DNA of 32,000 nt. Source: Candidatus Saccharimonadota bacterium (GTDB lineage Bacteria > Patescibacteriota > Saccharimonadia > Saccharimonadales > Saccharimonadaceae). Position numbers and translations under genes: made by a program. Where the stretch lies: positions 390,001 to 422,000 of the forward strand of contig CP075337.1 in the NCBI GenBank assembly GCA_025349965.1. The letters run 5' to 3'. How positions within the stretch are numbered: position 1 is the stretch's first letter; the number at the start of each line of letters is the position of its first letter. Below, in pieces: positions 16,555-25,250 of the stretch. The notes beneath the pieces are model-generated. The model was not told where the DNA came from. It searched no databases and was given only the letters and a program-made list of their open reading frames with translations.

Positions 16555-16899
16555 ATGACAGAGCAAACAATATCAGCCGAGCAGTATGCTCTCAATGTCG
16601 CGACACAGCTTCGTAAGGGCTTCCTTGCGTATTGCGTGCTTCGTGTATGTAGCAAGGTGCCGGTGTATACTAGTGATATTATTACGAAGCTCCGTGAAGC
16701 TGAGTTGGTAGTAGTGGAGGGTACAATCTATCCTTTGCTGAGCCGACTACAGAAAGACGGGCTTCTTGTCCATGAATGGAAGGAGTCAGACCAGGGGCCG
16801 CCGCGGAAGTATTACAAAATTACCGCGTATGGAACCGACGTCATGAGTCATATATCAGTCAATATTAAACGCTTAAATGCCACCCTCGAGAAACTGTAA
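16555..16899 (+). CDS. PadR-family winged-helix transcriptional regulator
   Basis: 114-aa ORF. The signature EGTIYPLLSRLQKDGLLVHEWKESDQGPPRKYYKITAYG is the classic PadR recognition helix plus wing. Confidence 0.85.
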   Translation: MTEQTISAEQYALNVATQLRKGFLAYCVLRVCSKVPVYTSDIITKLREAELVVVEGTIYPLLSRLQKDGLLVHEWKESDQGPPRKYYKITAYGTDVMSHISVNIKRLNATLEKL

Positions 16900-16908
16900 G
16901 GAGAAGTT

Positions 16909-18573
16909 ATGAACGAAATTACTCGGATACATTTAGCAAAAGTGCCGTATGACATAGAAATCACGGCCAAGAAACAACTTGAAACATACCTGCGAGCGCT
17001 TGAATCGTATACGGATGACCAAGACTGGCTCCAGGATATTGAAATTCGTATTACCGAAATTCTTGCAGAACGTTCTGTAGCTGCAAATGGACTTGTGACA
17101 GTCGATGACATCAAGGCGATTCGCAAGCAACTCGGCGAGCCGGAAGATTTCTTCGGTGAGGGCGATATAGCAGTCGGCGCGACATCATCTGCTCCAGTGA
17201 ATGATGGGGTGCCTCGAAGATTGTATCGTGACCCAAGTACTGCAATGTTGGGCGGTGTCTTGAGCGGTATTGCGCAGTACCTTAAGATAAGCCCAGCATG
17301 GACGCGTCTGGCATTTATTGCACTCCTCTTTATCTCATTTGGAACAGCAGCAGTTGTCTATATCGTGCTCTGGATAGCACTTCCGGCAGCTACGACGGTT
17401 GCTGCGCAGTTGGAGCTTTCCGGTGAACCAGTGACCCTCGCTTCGTTAAAGGAGCAGCGCAAGAAGATGGGTGCAGGTGAAACGAGCCGCGCAGCTTCTA
17501 TCGCGCAGCGAGTAATCCTTTACGGGGTAGGGACGTTCGCATCAATTATTGCTGCAGGAACCCTCGTATTCACTATCTGGGCTGGTTTCGGACTTGCGTT
17601 CGGTACATCTGACAATTCGCCACTTGCGAGCATGGTGCCTGCCGGAGTGACGCTTTGGCTTGCGCTCGGACTCTTTGTTGTGAGCGGACTTCTACTAAGT
17701 GCATTGTTCTCTCTTATAGCAATCACTTGTTTTAGGAAAAAAATTACAAAGCCAGTAGGTGTCGCTGTAGTGGCAATTATTGTTGCGGGAGTTGTTACTT
17801 TTGGCTCGGGTGTTGGCATGGTGACATACCAGTCATGGCAGCATGCCGAGGTGCTGAATGCATCTCGTCATACAAAGACCGTACCGCTTCCTGCTGAATT
17901 CGCCCAGGTGAAGTCCCTTACGATTGGTACACTCGAAAATGAGAAGAATCCACGCAATGATTTCATGGCATACGGAAGCGTTGAGTACATCGTGAGTGAT
18001 AAAACACCACGGTACGAGCTTACAGTAGACTCCGAGACCGCAAAGGTGGCGCCGGTAATCACTTATGGTGAAAATGGCACCGCAACACTCACATTTAAAA
18101 ATAATCAAAGAACGCGGATTGGCTTCAGTCAGCCTCCTGTACTTAAGGTGTATGGGCCAGCACTCAATGAATTAAACGTACAGTCTGAAGCTGTTGAATA
18201 TAAGAATGCTCATCCTCAAGATGCATTCACGACAACCGTACGTGGTGGCTCACTCAGCCTCATGGGTACATATAAGACTGTTGCTGCCACTGCAGAGTCG
18301 CAGGTGGCGGTGAGTGATGCAAGTATCGACGAGCTGACAGTGACACTTAATAAGGGTACTGTTGACGCGGGTGTTGTACGCGCTTTGACTGTGACACAAC
18401 CGGAAGCGTGCCCTGCGCACTACGGCGATGATGTTGAAACAAAGATGACAATTCGCGCCATCTCTGGCGGTAAGATTCTCTACAACGGAGCTGAAAAGCC
18501 AGCCGCAACTATCAAGGGCGCGTGCGGAAGCGTGCTTGTGGGCGATGATGCCGAAGAGCAATTCTACCGCTAA
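16909..18573 (+). CDS. PspC-domain membrane protein with N-terminal DUF1700/HAAS-like helical region and C-terminal beta-rich (Toastrack-like) domain
   Basis: 554-aa ORF. It has a PspC motif (LYRDPSTAMLGGVLSGIAQYLKISPAWTRLAFIALLF), several TM helices, and a C-terminal region of repetitive beta-strand character. AAGGAG SD, 9 nt after the padR stop. Confidence 0.75.
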   Translation: MNEITRIHLAKVPYDIEITAKKQLETYLRALESYTDDQDWLQDIEIRITEILAERSVAANGLVTVDDIKAIRKQLGEPEDFFGEGDIAVGATSSAPVNDGVPRRLYRDPSTAMLGGVLSGIAQYLKISPAWTRLAFIALLFISFGTAAVVYIVLWIALPAATTVAAQLELSGEPVTLASLKEQRKKMGAGETSRAASIAQRVILYGVGTFASIIAAGTLVFTIWAGFGLAFGTSDNSPLASMVPAGVTLWLALGLFVVSGLLLSALFSLIAITCFRKKITKPVGVAVVAIIVAGVVTFGSGVGMVTYQSWQHAEVLNASRHTKTVPLPAEFAQVKSLTIGTLENEKNPRNDFMAYGSVEYIVSDKTPRYELTVDSETAKVAPVITYGENGTATLTFKNNQRTRIGFSQPPVLKVYGPALNELNVQSEAVEYKNAHPQDAFTTTVRGGSLSLMGTYKTVAATAESQVAVSDASIDELTVTLNKGTVDAGVVRALTVTQPEACPAHYGDDVETKMTIRAISGGKILYNGAEKPAATIKGACGSVLVGDDAEEQFYR

Positions 18574-18590
18574 AAAATAATGACAGCAAA

Positions 18591-18625
18591 GAAGAGCCTC
18601 CTCTAGCGGGGCTCTTTCTCTGTTA
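18591..18625 (+). terminator. Probable intrinsic terminator after the pspC-domain gene
   Basis: GAAGAGCC, an 11-nt loop, GGCTCTTT, then CTCTGTT. The T-tract is interrupted. Confidence 0.45.
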
Positions 18626-18637
18626 TTATGGAAGTAT

Positions 18638-18865
18638 ATGCCGAAATCTCGACGAACCCGTACTCATAAGGAATACGCATTCCATCTCCCTTGCGAAGGC
18701 AAGAATCGTTATGATACGGAAAAAGAAGCCAGTGATGCTGCTGACTTTCATATGCTAGAAAATATGAACATTGATCTCATGGTATATCAATGCGCTATTT
18801 GTGGCTACTGGCACATGACAAGTCGTGCTGAAACAAATTGGCGCGACGAAATGCCAAAACAGTAA
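18638..18865 (+). CDS. Small basic Cys/His protein (possible zinc knuckle), unknown function
   Basis: 75-aa ORF with LPCEGK ... YQCAICGYWHMTS (C19, C62, C65, H69). TGtTATTAT lies 8 nt upstream of the ATG. Confidence 0.5.
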   Translation: MPKSRRTRTHKEYAFHLPCEGKNRYDTEKEASDAADFHMLENMNIDLMVYQCAICGYWHMTSRAETNWRDEMPKQ

Positions 18866-18873
18866 GACGCTCA

Positions 18874-18882
18874 TGCTACAAT
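18874..18882 (+). promoter_or_regulatory. Extended -10 promoter TGcTACAAT, 8 nt before the helicase ATG
   Basis: It lies in the 25-nt gap between the small ORF and the helicase, with no SD. Confidence 0.4.
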
Positions 18883-18890
18883 GACTACAG

Positions 18891-21239
18891 ATGAAAGATA
18901 CCTCTCGGTTTGTAGATCTGCCTGTTCGTGATTTTTACGAGACTATTACGCAGGCCGTTGATGAAAACCAGGTGACGATTGTCACGGCAGAAACAGGTGC
19001 AGGAAAGAGTACCCAGATACCCCAGTATCTCGCCGAGCATGGCTATAGCCGTGTGATTGTGACGCAGCCACGTATTCTTGCGGCGCGAAATCTCTCAAAG
19101 CGTGTACGCGAAGAGTGGGCGGAGCGTAATACGGAAGATTCAAGCCAGATTATTGGCTACCGTACGGCACATGAGCGTGATGATAGTGGGAGGACGCAGA
19201 TACTGTATTGTACCGATGGTCTCCAGCTTGTCCGTGAGCTTACCGGCATCGGGACGCTAGAGTCACAGGTGCTTGTGCTTGATGAAGTCCATGAGTGGAA
19301 CGAGAACATGGAAGTGTTGGTTGCATGGGCAAAGAAGCGCGCCGAGGAAGAGCCTCTTTTTAAGGTACTTATTATGAGCGCAACCTTTGATGAGCAGTCA
19401 TTGGCGGAATATTTTAACGCTACGGCAGTGTTGAAGATTCCTGGCCGTCACTTTCCAGTCACAAAGCGTACCGGCAAGGATTTACTTCAAGAACTCTTTT
19501 TGCAGCTTGAAAACCCGGGCCGTAATATTCTGACTTTCTTGCCAGGAAAGGCTGAAATCCAGGCAACCGCCGAGGCGCTTGCTTCAAAGGCGGAGGTTGC
19601 CGGTGTGCCTATTTTGCCACTCCATAGCCAGCTTGAAGCGGAAGACCAGCAGAAAGTATTCGGCAGTTATCCAAATGGCAAAATTATCCTTTCTACTAAC
19701 ATTGCCCAGACGAGCATTACAATTGATGATATTGATATGGTGGTTGATAGTGGCCTTGAGCGTCGCAGTGAAGTGCGGAGCGGTGTTGAGGGGCTCTTTA
19801 TCTCTCAGATATCGCAGGCTGACTGTGAGCAGCGCGCAGGGCGTGCCGGCCGTACGAAACCCGGTGAGTATGTTCTTGCACCGTTTGACACCATGCCTTG
19901 TCTCTCATTTGAAGAGCGTCCGGAATATCCAACCCCGGAAATCCTCCGCAAGCACATTGACCGGCTGACGCTTCGTCTCGCGAGTATCGGTATTGATATT
20001 GAAATGCTCGATTTCTACCATGACCCTTCAAAGAAGGCTATTCGGTATGCCAAGTATGTACTTCGTGCCTTGGGTGCGCTTACGAACGGCGGGGAAGTCA
20101 CTAATATTGGCCGGGCTATGGAGCGTTTTCCGGTTGAGTCTACCTATGCTCGCATGTTAGTAGCGGCAGATGAGTACCCCGACCTTACCAAGTCGCAGCT
20201 CGCAACTATTATTGCTATTCAAGAGATTGGCGGCATTATAAAAGGCGGTGCGTCTGTGAATGGCTGGCGTGCATTTACAAAGCAAAAGAAGTCTGACCTT
20301 TTGGCACAGTATGATGTGTACCGTTCGCTCCCCCTAATTCATGAAGAAGCCTATGAAGAGACGGGGATAATTGCGAAGAATGTTGAAAAGGCACGTGAGG
20401 TGGTCGAGCGACTTCATCGAGATCTCGGCCTCACGCTTGAAGAGCCGGTGCCAATTGACGCTGATTCTGAAAAGCTTCTTATGCAAGCCATTGTCGCAGG
20501 GCAAATCCATCAACTTTGGTTCCTTGATGACCATGGCAATTATGAACATGTCAGTACAGGCCAGAAACGCGAAGCCTCAAGCAGTACTGTGCTGCAATTT
20601 GCCAAGCTCGTTTCTGGCACGCCATTTGATCTTCAGATTCCTACACGAAGTGGTGGACTTGAGGTGCTCAATCTTCTCCAAGGTATGACGGTAGTTGATG
20701 TTGACTGGCTCCTCACGCTTGCACCAGAGCAGTTTACAGCGCATAAAACGCGCCTTACATATGATCACCGCCTGGCTGGTCTTGCAGAGATTCCAGTTAT
20801 TAAACTTGGTAAACGCTCCCTGACGGGTGAAAGCCGACCTATTATGGAGCATACCCGGTACAACGAAAAAATGTTCCAGCAAGAATTCACTCGTTGGGTA
20901 TTTGCGCAGCTTGAGAAGCAACGGATTAATCTTGAGCGATTTCATAAAAAAGTACCGCATGTGCCACGTCGCTTTATTGAAGCTGAAATTCATAATCGCA
21001 CACAAGGAATTGTCTCTTTGCACGAAGTAGAGAGTCGGGTGAAGCGAGAGCTTTTTGCGCTTGCGCAACTTGACACCTATCTCACCGATGCAGACAGAGC
21101 ACACTTATCACAACCGGAACGACGCTGGCGTCCAACGCGTAAATTTGGCAAGCACGACCGCTCGCGGCGTCGTGATACTGCGCCTAAGCATGAACATCGC
21201 CGTAAACACTGGTCGAAATATCGTGGACGTCAAGACTAA
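18891..21239 (+). CDS. DEAH/RHA-family ATP-dependent helicase (HrpA/HrpB-like) with a highly basic C-terminal tail
   Basis: 782-aa ORF with the motifs AETGAGKSTQIPQ (I), DEVHEW (II), SAT (III), TNIAQTSITIDDI (V) and QRAGRAGR (VI). The C-terminus is RRWRPTRKFGKHDRSRRRDTAPKHEHRRKHWSKYRGRQD. Confidence 0.85.
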   Translation: MKDTSRFVDLPVRDFYETITQAVDENQVTIVTAETGAGKSTQIPQYLAEHGYSRVIVTQPRILAARNLSKRVREEWAERNTEDSSQIIGYRTAHERDDSGRTQILYCTDGLQLVRELTGIGTLESQVLVLDEVHEWNENMEVLVAWAKKRAEEEPLFKVLIMSATFDEQSLAEYFNATAVLKIPGRHFPVTKRTGKDLLQELFLQLENPGRNILTFLPGKAEIQATAEALASKAEVAGVPILPLHSQLEAEDQQKVFGSYPNGKIILSTNIAQTSITIDDIDMVVDSGLERRSEVRSGVEGLFISQISQADCEQRAGRAGRTKPGEYVLAPFDTMPCLSFEERPEYPTPEILRKHIDRLTLRLASIGIDIEMLDFYHDPSKKAIRYAKYVLRALGALTNGGEVTNIGRAMERFPVESTYARMLVAADEYPDLTKSQLATIIAIQEIGGIIKGGASVNGWRAFTKQKKSDLLAQYDVYRSLPLIHEEAYEETGIIAKNVEKAREVVERLHRDLGLTLEEPVPIDADSEKLLMQAIVAGQIHQLWFLDDHGNYEHVSTGQKREASSSTVLQFAKLVSGTPFDLQIPTRSGGLEVLNLLQGMTVVDVDWLLTLAPEQFTAHKTRLTYDHRLAGLAEIPVIKLGKRSLTGESRPIMEHTRYNEKMFQQEFTRWVFAQLEKQRINLERFHKKVPHVPRRFIEAEIHNRTQGIVSLHEVESRVKRELFALAQLDTYLTDADRAHLSQPERRWRPTRKFGKHDRSRRRDTAPKHEHRRKHWSKYRGRQD

Positions 21240-21265
21240 CCCCTTGATAATAAACTATAAACAGA

Positions 21266-21271
21266 TACAAT
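21266..21271 (+). promoter_or_regulatory. -10 box TACAAT, 7 nt before the ATG at 21279
   Basis: TACAAT-agctctt-ATG, with no SD. Confidence 0.35.
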
Positions 21272-21278
21272 AGCTCTT

Positions 21279-21896
21279 ATGGTTGAATTCTCTCAGATTA
21301 TCGCTGGTATCGCAGTTTGTCTTGTACTCGCCGCCTATATCCCGTATATGTTCGATATCGTTAAGGGTAGGGTCGCGCCACATCCATTCAGCTGGCTCAT
21401 TTGGTCAATGACCGCAACATCTATCTTCTTCCTGCAGACAACTAACGGCTCTGGGGCTGGAGCATATGGTACTGCAACTGTCGCCGTGTGTGCGTCAATT
21501 ATTTTTGTGTTAGCATTTCGAGCGAATAAAGTGAAGATTCGCCCACTCGATATTACCTCGCTCTTACTTGCTGTAGTGGGTATTATACTGTGGATTTTCG
21601 TAAAGCAACCGTCACTTTCAATTGCAATTCTTCTAACGGTTGAGGTGATTGGATTTATTCCTACGCTACTCAACGGCTGGCGTGAGCCCTACAAGGACTC
21701 TATTACGCTATGGTCTGTAAATGGCATGCGCCAAGGACTTGGACTTGCGGCGGTACAAAATCATAACTTTGTTACAGTACTAAACCCAATTGTTTGGATT
21801 ACTTTATGTGCCGGTTATGTACTCACCCTCAGCTACCGACGCCTTTTTGTAAAGAAGCACCCCGCTCGCCGTCGAGCTTTCCGCCCCTACAACTAG
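21279..21896 (+). CDS. Polytopic membrane protein, unknown function
   Basis: 205-aa ORF with about 6 hydrophobic helices and a basic C-terminus. Confidence 0.6.
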   Translation: MVEFSQIIAGIAVCLVLAAYIPYMFDIVKGRVAPHPFSWLIWSMTATSIFFLQTTNGSGAGAYGTATVAVCASIIFVLAFRANKVKIRPLDITSLLLAVVGIILWIFVKQPSLSIAILLTVEVIGFIPTLLNGWREPYKDSITLWSVNGMRQGLGLAAVQNHNFVTVLNPIVWITLCAGYVLTLSYRRLFVKKHPARRRAFRPYN

Positions 21897-21921
21897 CGTT
21901 TAATTAGCCGCATCTTCTAGT

Positions 21922-22887
21922 ATGTATATACTGGAGCGTGCTATACTGCTTATGAATATGGTGCGGTATTTTGTTAAAAAATCTTTCAACGAGGAGCTTC
22001 AAGAAGTAAAAACGTTCCCGGATGGTCATGCATGGCTGTATGGAAGCGAAGTTACAGAGGCGAAACTTGCTCAAGTTGCCGAAGAGACTAACCTTGATTT
22101 AAATATTCTTCGCGACGTTCGCGACGTTCACGAGCTCCCACGCGTCGAGTATAGCAAGGGCGCGACGTATGTCTTTGTTCGCATTCCACGCGCGTTAAAA
22201 AATGGCCCGGGACTTGCTGTACCACTTCTGTTTGTTATTCGCGGAGATCTTCTCGTAACGCTCTCAACGGCAAAGTATTTCACGCCCGACGAGCTTGCCC
22301 TTAAGTACCGTTTCTCAATGCGGAGCACTACTTCGGTTTTTCTACAGGTGCTTTCTCATATTTTTTCACAATATGGACATGACATTCAAAAGACAACTGG
22401 CTACATTCACTCGGTTCAGCAGCGACTCTTAACGCGCGCGATCTCGAATAAGGATTTCATAAAGTTTGTAGGTATCGAGAATACCCTTACGGAATATCAC
22501 ACCAATCTTGAAGCCTCAAAAGTACTGCTTGATAGGCTGGCCGAAAATAAACACGATCTTCTTACGGAAAAGGAACAAGAATTTCTTGATGACATCATCC
22601 TGTACGTACAACAACTTACCGTAGCGGTGCGAAATGATTCTCGTACCATTGAAAGTATTCGTAATACTTTTTCTACCGTGAGCAATAATAGCCTCAACCA
22701 ACGCATGAAGACATTAACACTCATTACACTCTTCTTGACGGTGCCAAATATGGTATTTGGTATGTTTGGCATGAATGTGCTTCTTCCCGTTGATACGCAT
22801 AGTCCATGGGTATTCGGTGCTATTATAGTAGGTTCAATTACATTTATAGTACTTGCATATTTGATGGTGAGACGGTATAAATTCTAG
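21922..22887 (+). CDS. corA: CorA-like divalent cation transporter
   Basis: It has two C-terminal TM helices with the GMN signature (MVFGMFGMNVLLP) and a cytoplasmic N-terminal domain. The start is uncertain: ATG 21952 or 21958 are alternatives, and TATACT boxes sit at 21927 and 21942. Confidence 0.8.
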   Translation: MYILERAILLMNMVRYFVKKSFNEELQEVKTFPDGHAWLYGSEVTEAKLAQVAEETNLDLNILRDVRDVHELPRVEYSKGATYVFVRIPRALKNGPGLAVPLLFVIRGDLLVTLSTAKYFTPDELALKYRFSMRSTTSVFLQVLSHIFSQYGHDIQKTTGYIHSVQQRLLTRAISNKDFIKFVGIENTLTEYHTNLEASKVLLDRLAENKHDLLTEKEQEFLDDIILYVQQLTVAVRNDSRTIESIRNTFSTVSNNSLNQRMKTLTLITLFLTVPNMVFGMFGMNVLLPVDTHSPWVFGAIIVGSITFIVLAYLMVRRYKF

Positions 22888-22891
22888 AAGT

Positions 22892-23890
22892 ATGGGCAAA
22901 CGCCGAACACTAATAGACAGACGCACTTATAAACGAAATCAACTCGTCGAACGGACTCGCCAAGCTTTACAGCTCACGTCCGACGATGAAGCCATCGAGC
23001 TGCTTCGTATTGGAAGGCGGCAGGCGGTTCGGATTAACCCTTTGAAGGGTAGTGTTGATGATTCCAGGGAAAGGCTTAACTCTCTGCTAGGCGATACGTT
23101 GAGCGCTTCACCCCTTTATGAATATGGGTATCTTGTTGATGGAGATTTGTCGGCAGTGCGCGATAGTCGATTGCAGCAAGAGGGGTATGTCTATATCCAA
23201 AATGCCGCCAGTTGGCTTCCGGTTTTGCAGCTCAACCCCCAGCCTGATGAAGTAGTGCTTGATATGTGTGCAGCGCCGGGAGGTAAGACAAGCCTTATTG
23301 CAGCCATGTCTCAAAATAAAGCTCAAATCACTGCCAACGATAATTCTCGGCCACGTCTTATGCGACTCAAAGCAAATATGGAGCGCCTCGGTGCTGATAT
23401 TGAACAGTTCACCCTTTACGACGCTTCGAGTCTAACAAGATCTCTCGCGCCCGAGATGTTTGACAAGATTCTTCTTGACGCACCGTGCAGCGGAGAGGGT
23501 ATGATGCAGTATGACACTGACAAAGACTTTGATTCGTGGTCGACAGCTCACGTGAAGCGACTTGGTAAATTGCAACGAAAGCTTATTATGCAAGCGTGGG
23601 AGCTTTTGAAGCCGGGCGGTACGCTTATCTATAGTACGTGCACAATGGCGCCAGAAGAAAATGAAGCTGTTATAGATTACTTGTTACGACACGTTAATGG
23701 CGCGGCTATCGTTCGACATGACTATCCAGAAGCGGCAGGGTTTAACCGGGTCAGCCCTGTACTCTCATGGGGTGAAAAAAGATACGATCATCGAATTGCA
23801 GATACGTTGCGACTTGCGCCTTCTGTGAGCGCTGAAGCCTTTTATGTTTGCCACCTCAGGAAAGCGTCCGAAGACGCGATAAACCCGTGA
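22892..23890 (+). CDS. NOL1/NOP2/Sun-family RNA cytosine-C5 methyltransferase (RsmB/RsmF-like, no NusB domain)
   Basis: 332-aa ORF with DMCAAPGGKT (SAM binding), DAPCSGEG and YSTCT (catalytic Cys motifs). Confidence 0.85.
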   Translation: MGKRRTLIDRRTYKRNQLVERTRQALQLTSDDEAIELLRIGRRQAVRINPLKGSVDDSRERLNSLLGDTLSASPLYEYGYLVDGDLSAVRDSRLQQEGYVYIQNAASWLPVLQLNPQPDEVVLDMCAAPGGKTSLIAAMSQNKAQITANDNSRPRLMRLKANMERLGADIEQFTLYDASSLTRSLAPEMFDKILLDAPCSGEGMMQYDTDKDFDSWSTAHVKRLGKLQRKLIMQAWELLKPGGTLIYSTCTMAPEENEAVIDYLLRHVNGAAIVRHDYPEAAGFNRVSPVLSWGEKRYDHRIADTLRLAPSVSAEAFYVCHLRKASEDAINP

Positions 23891-23896
23891 TATACT
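23888..23896 (+). promoter_or_regulatory. Extended -10 promoter TGaTATACT, 7 nt before the ATG at 23904
   Basis: TGATATACT-agaagct-ATG. It overlaps the stop of the upstream gene and there is no SD. Confidence 0.4.
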
Positions 23897-23903
23897 AGAA
23901 GCT

Positions 23904-24512
23904 ATGAGACCACTGATGCCTTCTGTTCCTCATGCCATTATCATGGTGGGTATTCCCGGCGCAGGAAAGAGTACATTTTCTCTCCGGTTTGCTGACACGT
24001 TCAGCACACCACTTTTCAATCTGCCCAAGTTGAAGGCGGATATGGAACTTGATGCTCGCCAGACTGCGCAATTTTTTGAAGTTGTCATGCAGGAAGTTTC
24101 CAAAACAGGTCAGACTATTGTTGTTGAAGGCTTTAGTGACACTAAAAAAGAACGTGAATCACTTGAGAAAGTGTTCACCCGGTTGAAGTACAAGCCGCTT
24201 TTTGTGTGGGTGCAGACTGACACCAATGAGTCGTTACGCCGTGCGACGAGTGCGCGCATGGGCGATGAACGCCTTTCGGAGTCCGAGTTTGATGATATGG
24301 TTGAGGCATTTGAGCCACCCGAAATGAAAGAGGGCGCCGTGGTGATTAGCGGCCGACACGCCTATCCAACACAACTAAAGGTAGTCCTAAAACAAATGGC
24401 ACTCAACGCTACTCGTCCAAAAGAAAAGCCGTCGAGCCCAGTCAATCGCCAAGTTCGCCTGCGTGGACGCACTGTGACGGTGAGTACCGTAAAGAATATC
24501 CAGAAACGGTAG
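23904..24512 (+). CDS. P-loop NTPase / small-molecule or polynucleotide kinase-like protein (AAA_33-like)
   Basis: 202-aa ORF with a Walker A motif GIPGAGKST near the N-terminus and a basic C-terminal tail. Confidence 0.65.
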   Translation: MRPLMPSVPHAIIMVGIPGAGKSTFSLRFADTFSTPLFNLPKLKADMELDARQTAQFFEVVMQEVSKTGQTIVVEGFSDTKKERESLEKVFTRLKYKPLFVWVQTDTNESLRRATSARMGDERLSESEFDDMVEAFEPPEMKEGAVVISGRHAYPTQLKVVLKQMALNATRPKEKPSSPVNRQVRLRGRTVTVSTVKNIQKR

Positions 24513-24518
24513 AGAGTT

Positions 24519-25208
24519 ATGCCAAGTATTCATGATGAAGAGTTTGGCACTATCACTGTTCGGCGCAGCCCTAAGTCGCGACAAGTTCGAATTCGCGTTG
24601 CGCCTAATGGCACATTGCGCGCATCTATGCCGCCGTACACCCCGCTTATTTTCTTGAAACGGTTACTTAAAAGTTCTCGTGATGAGCTTCGTGAGATGAT
24701 TCAATCATCACTTCCGCAAACGGAATACTATGACGGGCAACAGATTGGTAAGCGTCATACGCTCCTTGTGCGCCAAGGACTGAAGCCGTCCGTGACAAAG
24801 CGGGGACAGACTATTGTTGCTGTCATTACAGGTGAGCAGAGCCTCCGAAGCCCGGAAATTATTAAAAGTTTACGAGAAATGGTGATTAAGGTACTTAAAT
24901 CCGAAGCGAAAGACTATCTTCCAAAGCGCCTTGAGCAAATTGCCAAGGAAATGGATTGCGCGTATGAACGAGTGCGCTTCTCGCATGCTAGTAGTCGATG
25001 GGGGAGTTGCAGTAGCACTGGGACTATTAGTCTAAATATTGCACTCATGAAGCTCCCATTCCACCTGATTGATTACGTTATCATTCACGAACTTGCACAC
25101 ACTAAAGAAATGAACCATAGCTCAGACTTTTGGAGTATCGTGGGGCAGTTCGACGCACACTATAAGGTGCATCGTAAAGAGATGGCCGACGAAACGCCTT
25201 CTATATAA
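24519..25208 (+). CDS. DUF45 / YgjP-like (M48-related) zinc metallohydrolase
   Basis: 229-aa ORF with a C-terminal HELAHTKEMNHSSDFW (HExxH...H) and the WGSCS motif typical of DUF45. Confidence 0.75.
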   Translation: MPSIHDEEFGTITVRRSPKSRQVRIRVAPNGTLRASMPPYTPLIFLKRLLKSSRDELREMIQSSLPQTEYYDGQQIGKRHTLLVRQGLKPSVTKRGQTIVAVITGEQSLRSPEIIKSLREMVIKVLKSEAKDYLPKRLEQIAKEMDCAYERVRFSHASSRWGSCSSTGTISLNIALMKLPFHLIDYVIIHELAHTKEMNHSSDFWSIVGQFDAHYKVHRKEMADETPSI

Positions 25209-25236
25209 TCACATTCTCATGACGCTCATTTCGTAG

Positions 25237-25242
25237 TACAAT
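25237..25242 (+). promoter_or_regulatory. -10 box TACAAT, 8 nt before the ATG at 25251
   Basis: TACAAT-ggatacta-ATG, with no SD. Confidence 0.35.
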
Positions 25243-25250
25243 GGATACTA

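Noticed and set aside
21922-21951. The first 10 codons of the CorA-like ORF (MYILERAILL).
   Set aside because: I did not remove them from the feature, but they are doubtful. Two TATACT boxes lie inside this segment, and ATG 21952 or 21958 give a more typical N-terminus. I cannot decide without TSS or proteomic data.
1373-23902. A repeated 11-12-mer TATACTAGAAG(C) at 1373, 3221 and 23891, with a reverse copy near 21913, considered as a possible regulatory motif or repeat family.
   Set aside because: Six of the bases are simply the -10 hexamer. A few 11-12-nt identities are expected by chance in 32 kb on two strands. I treat it as part of the promoter observation, not as a separate element.
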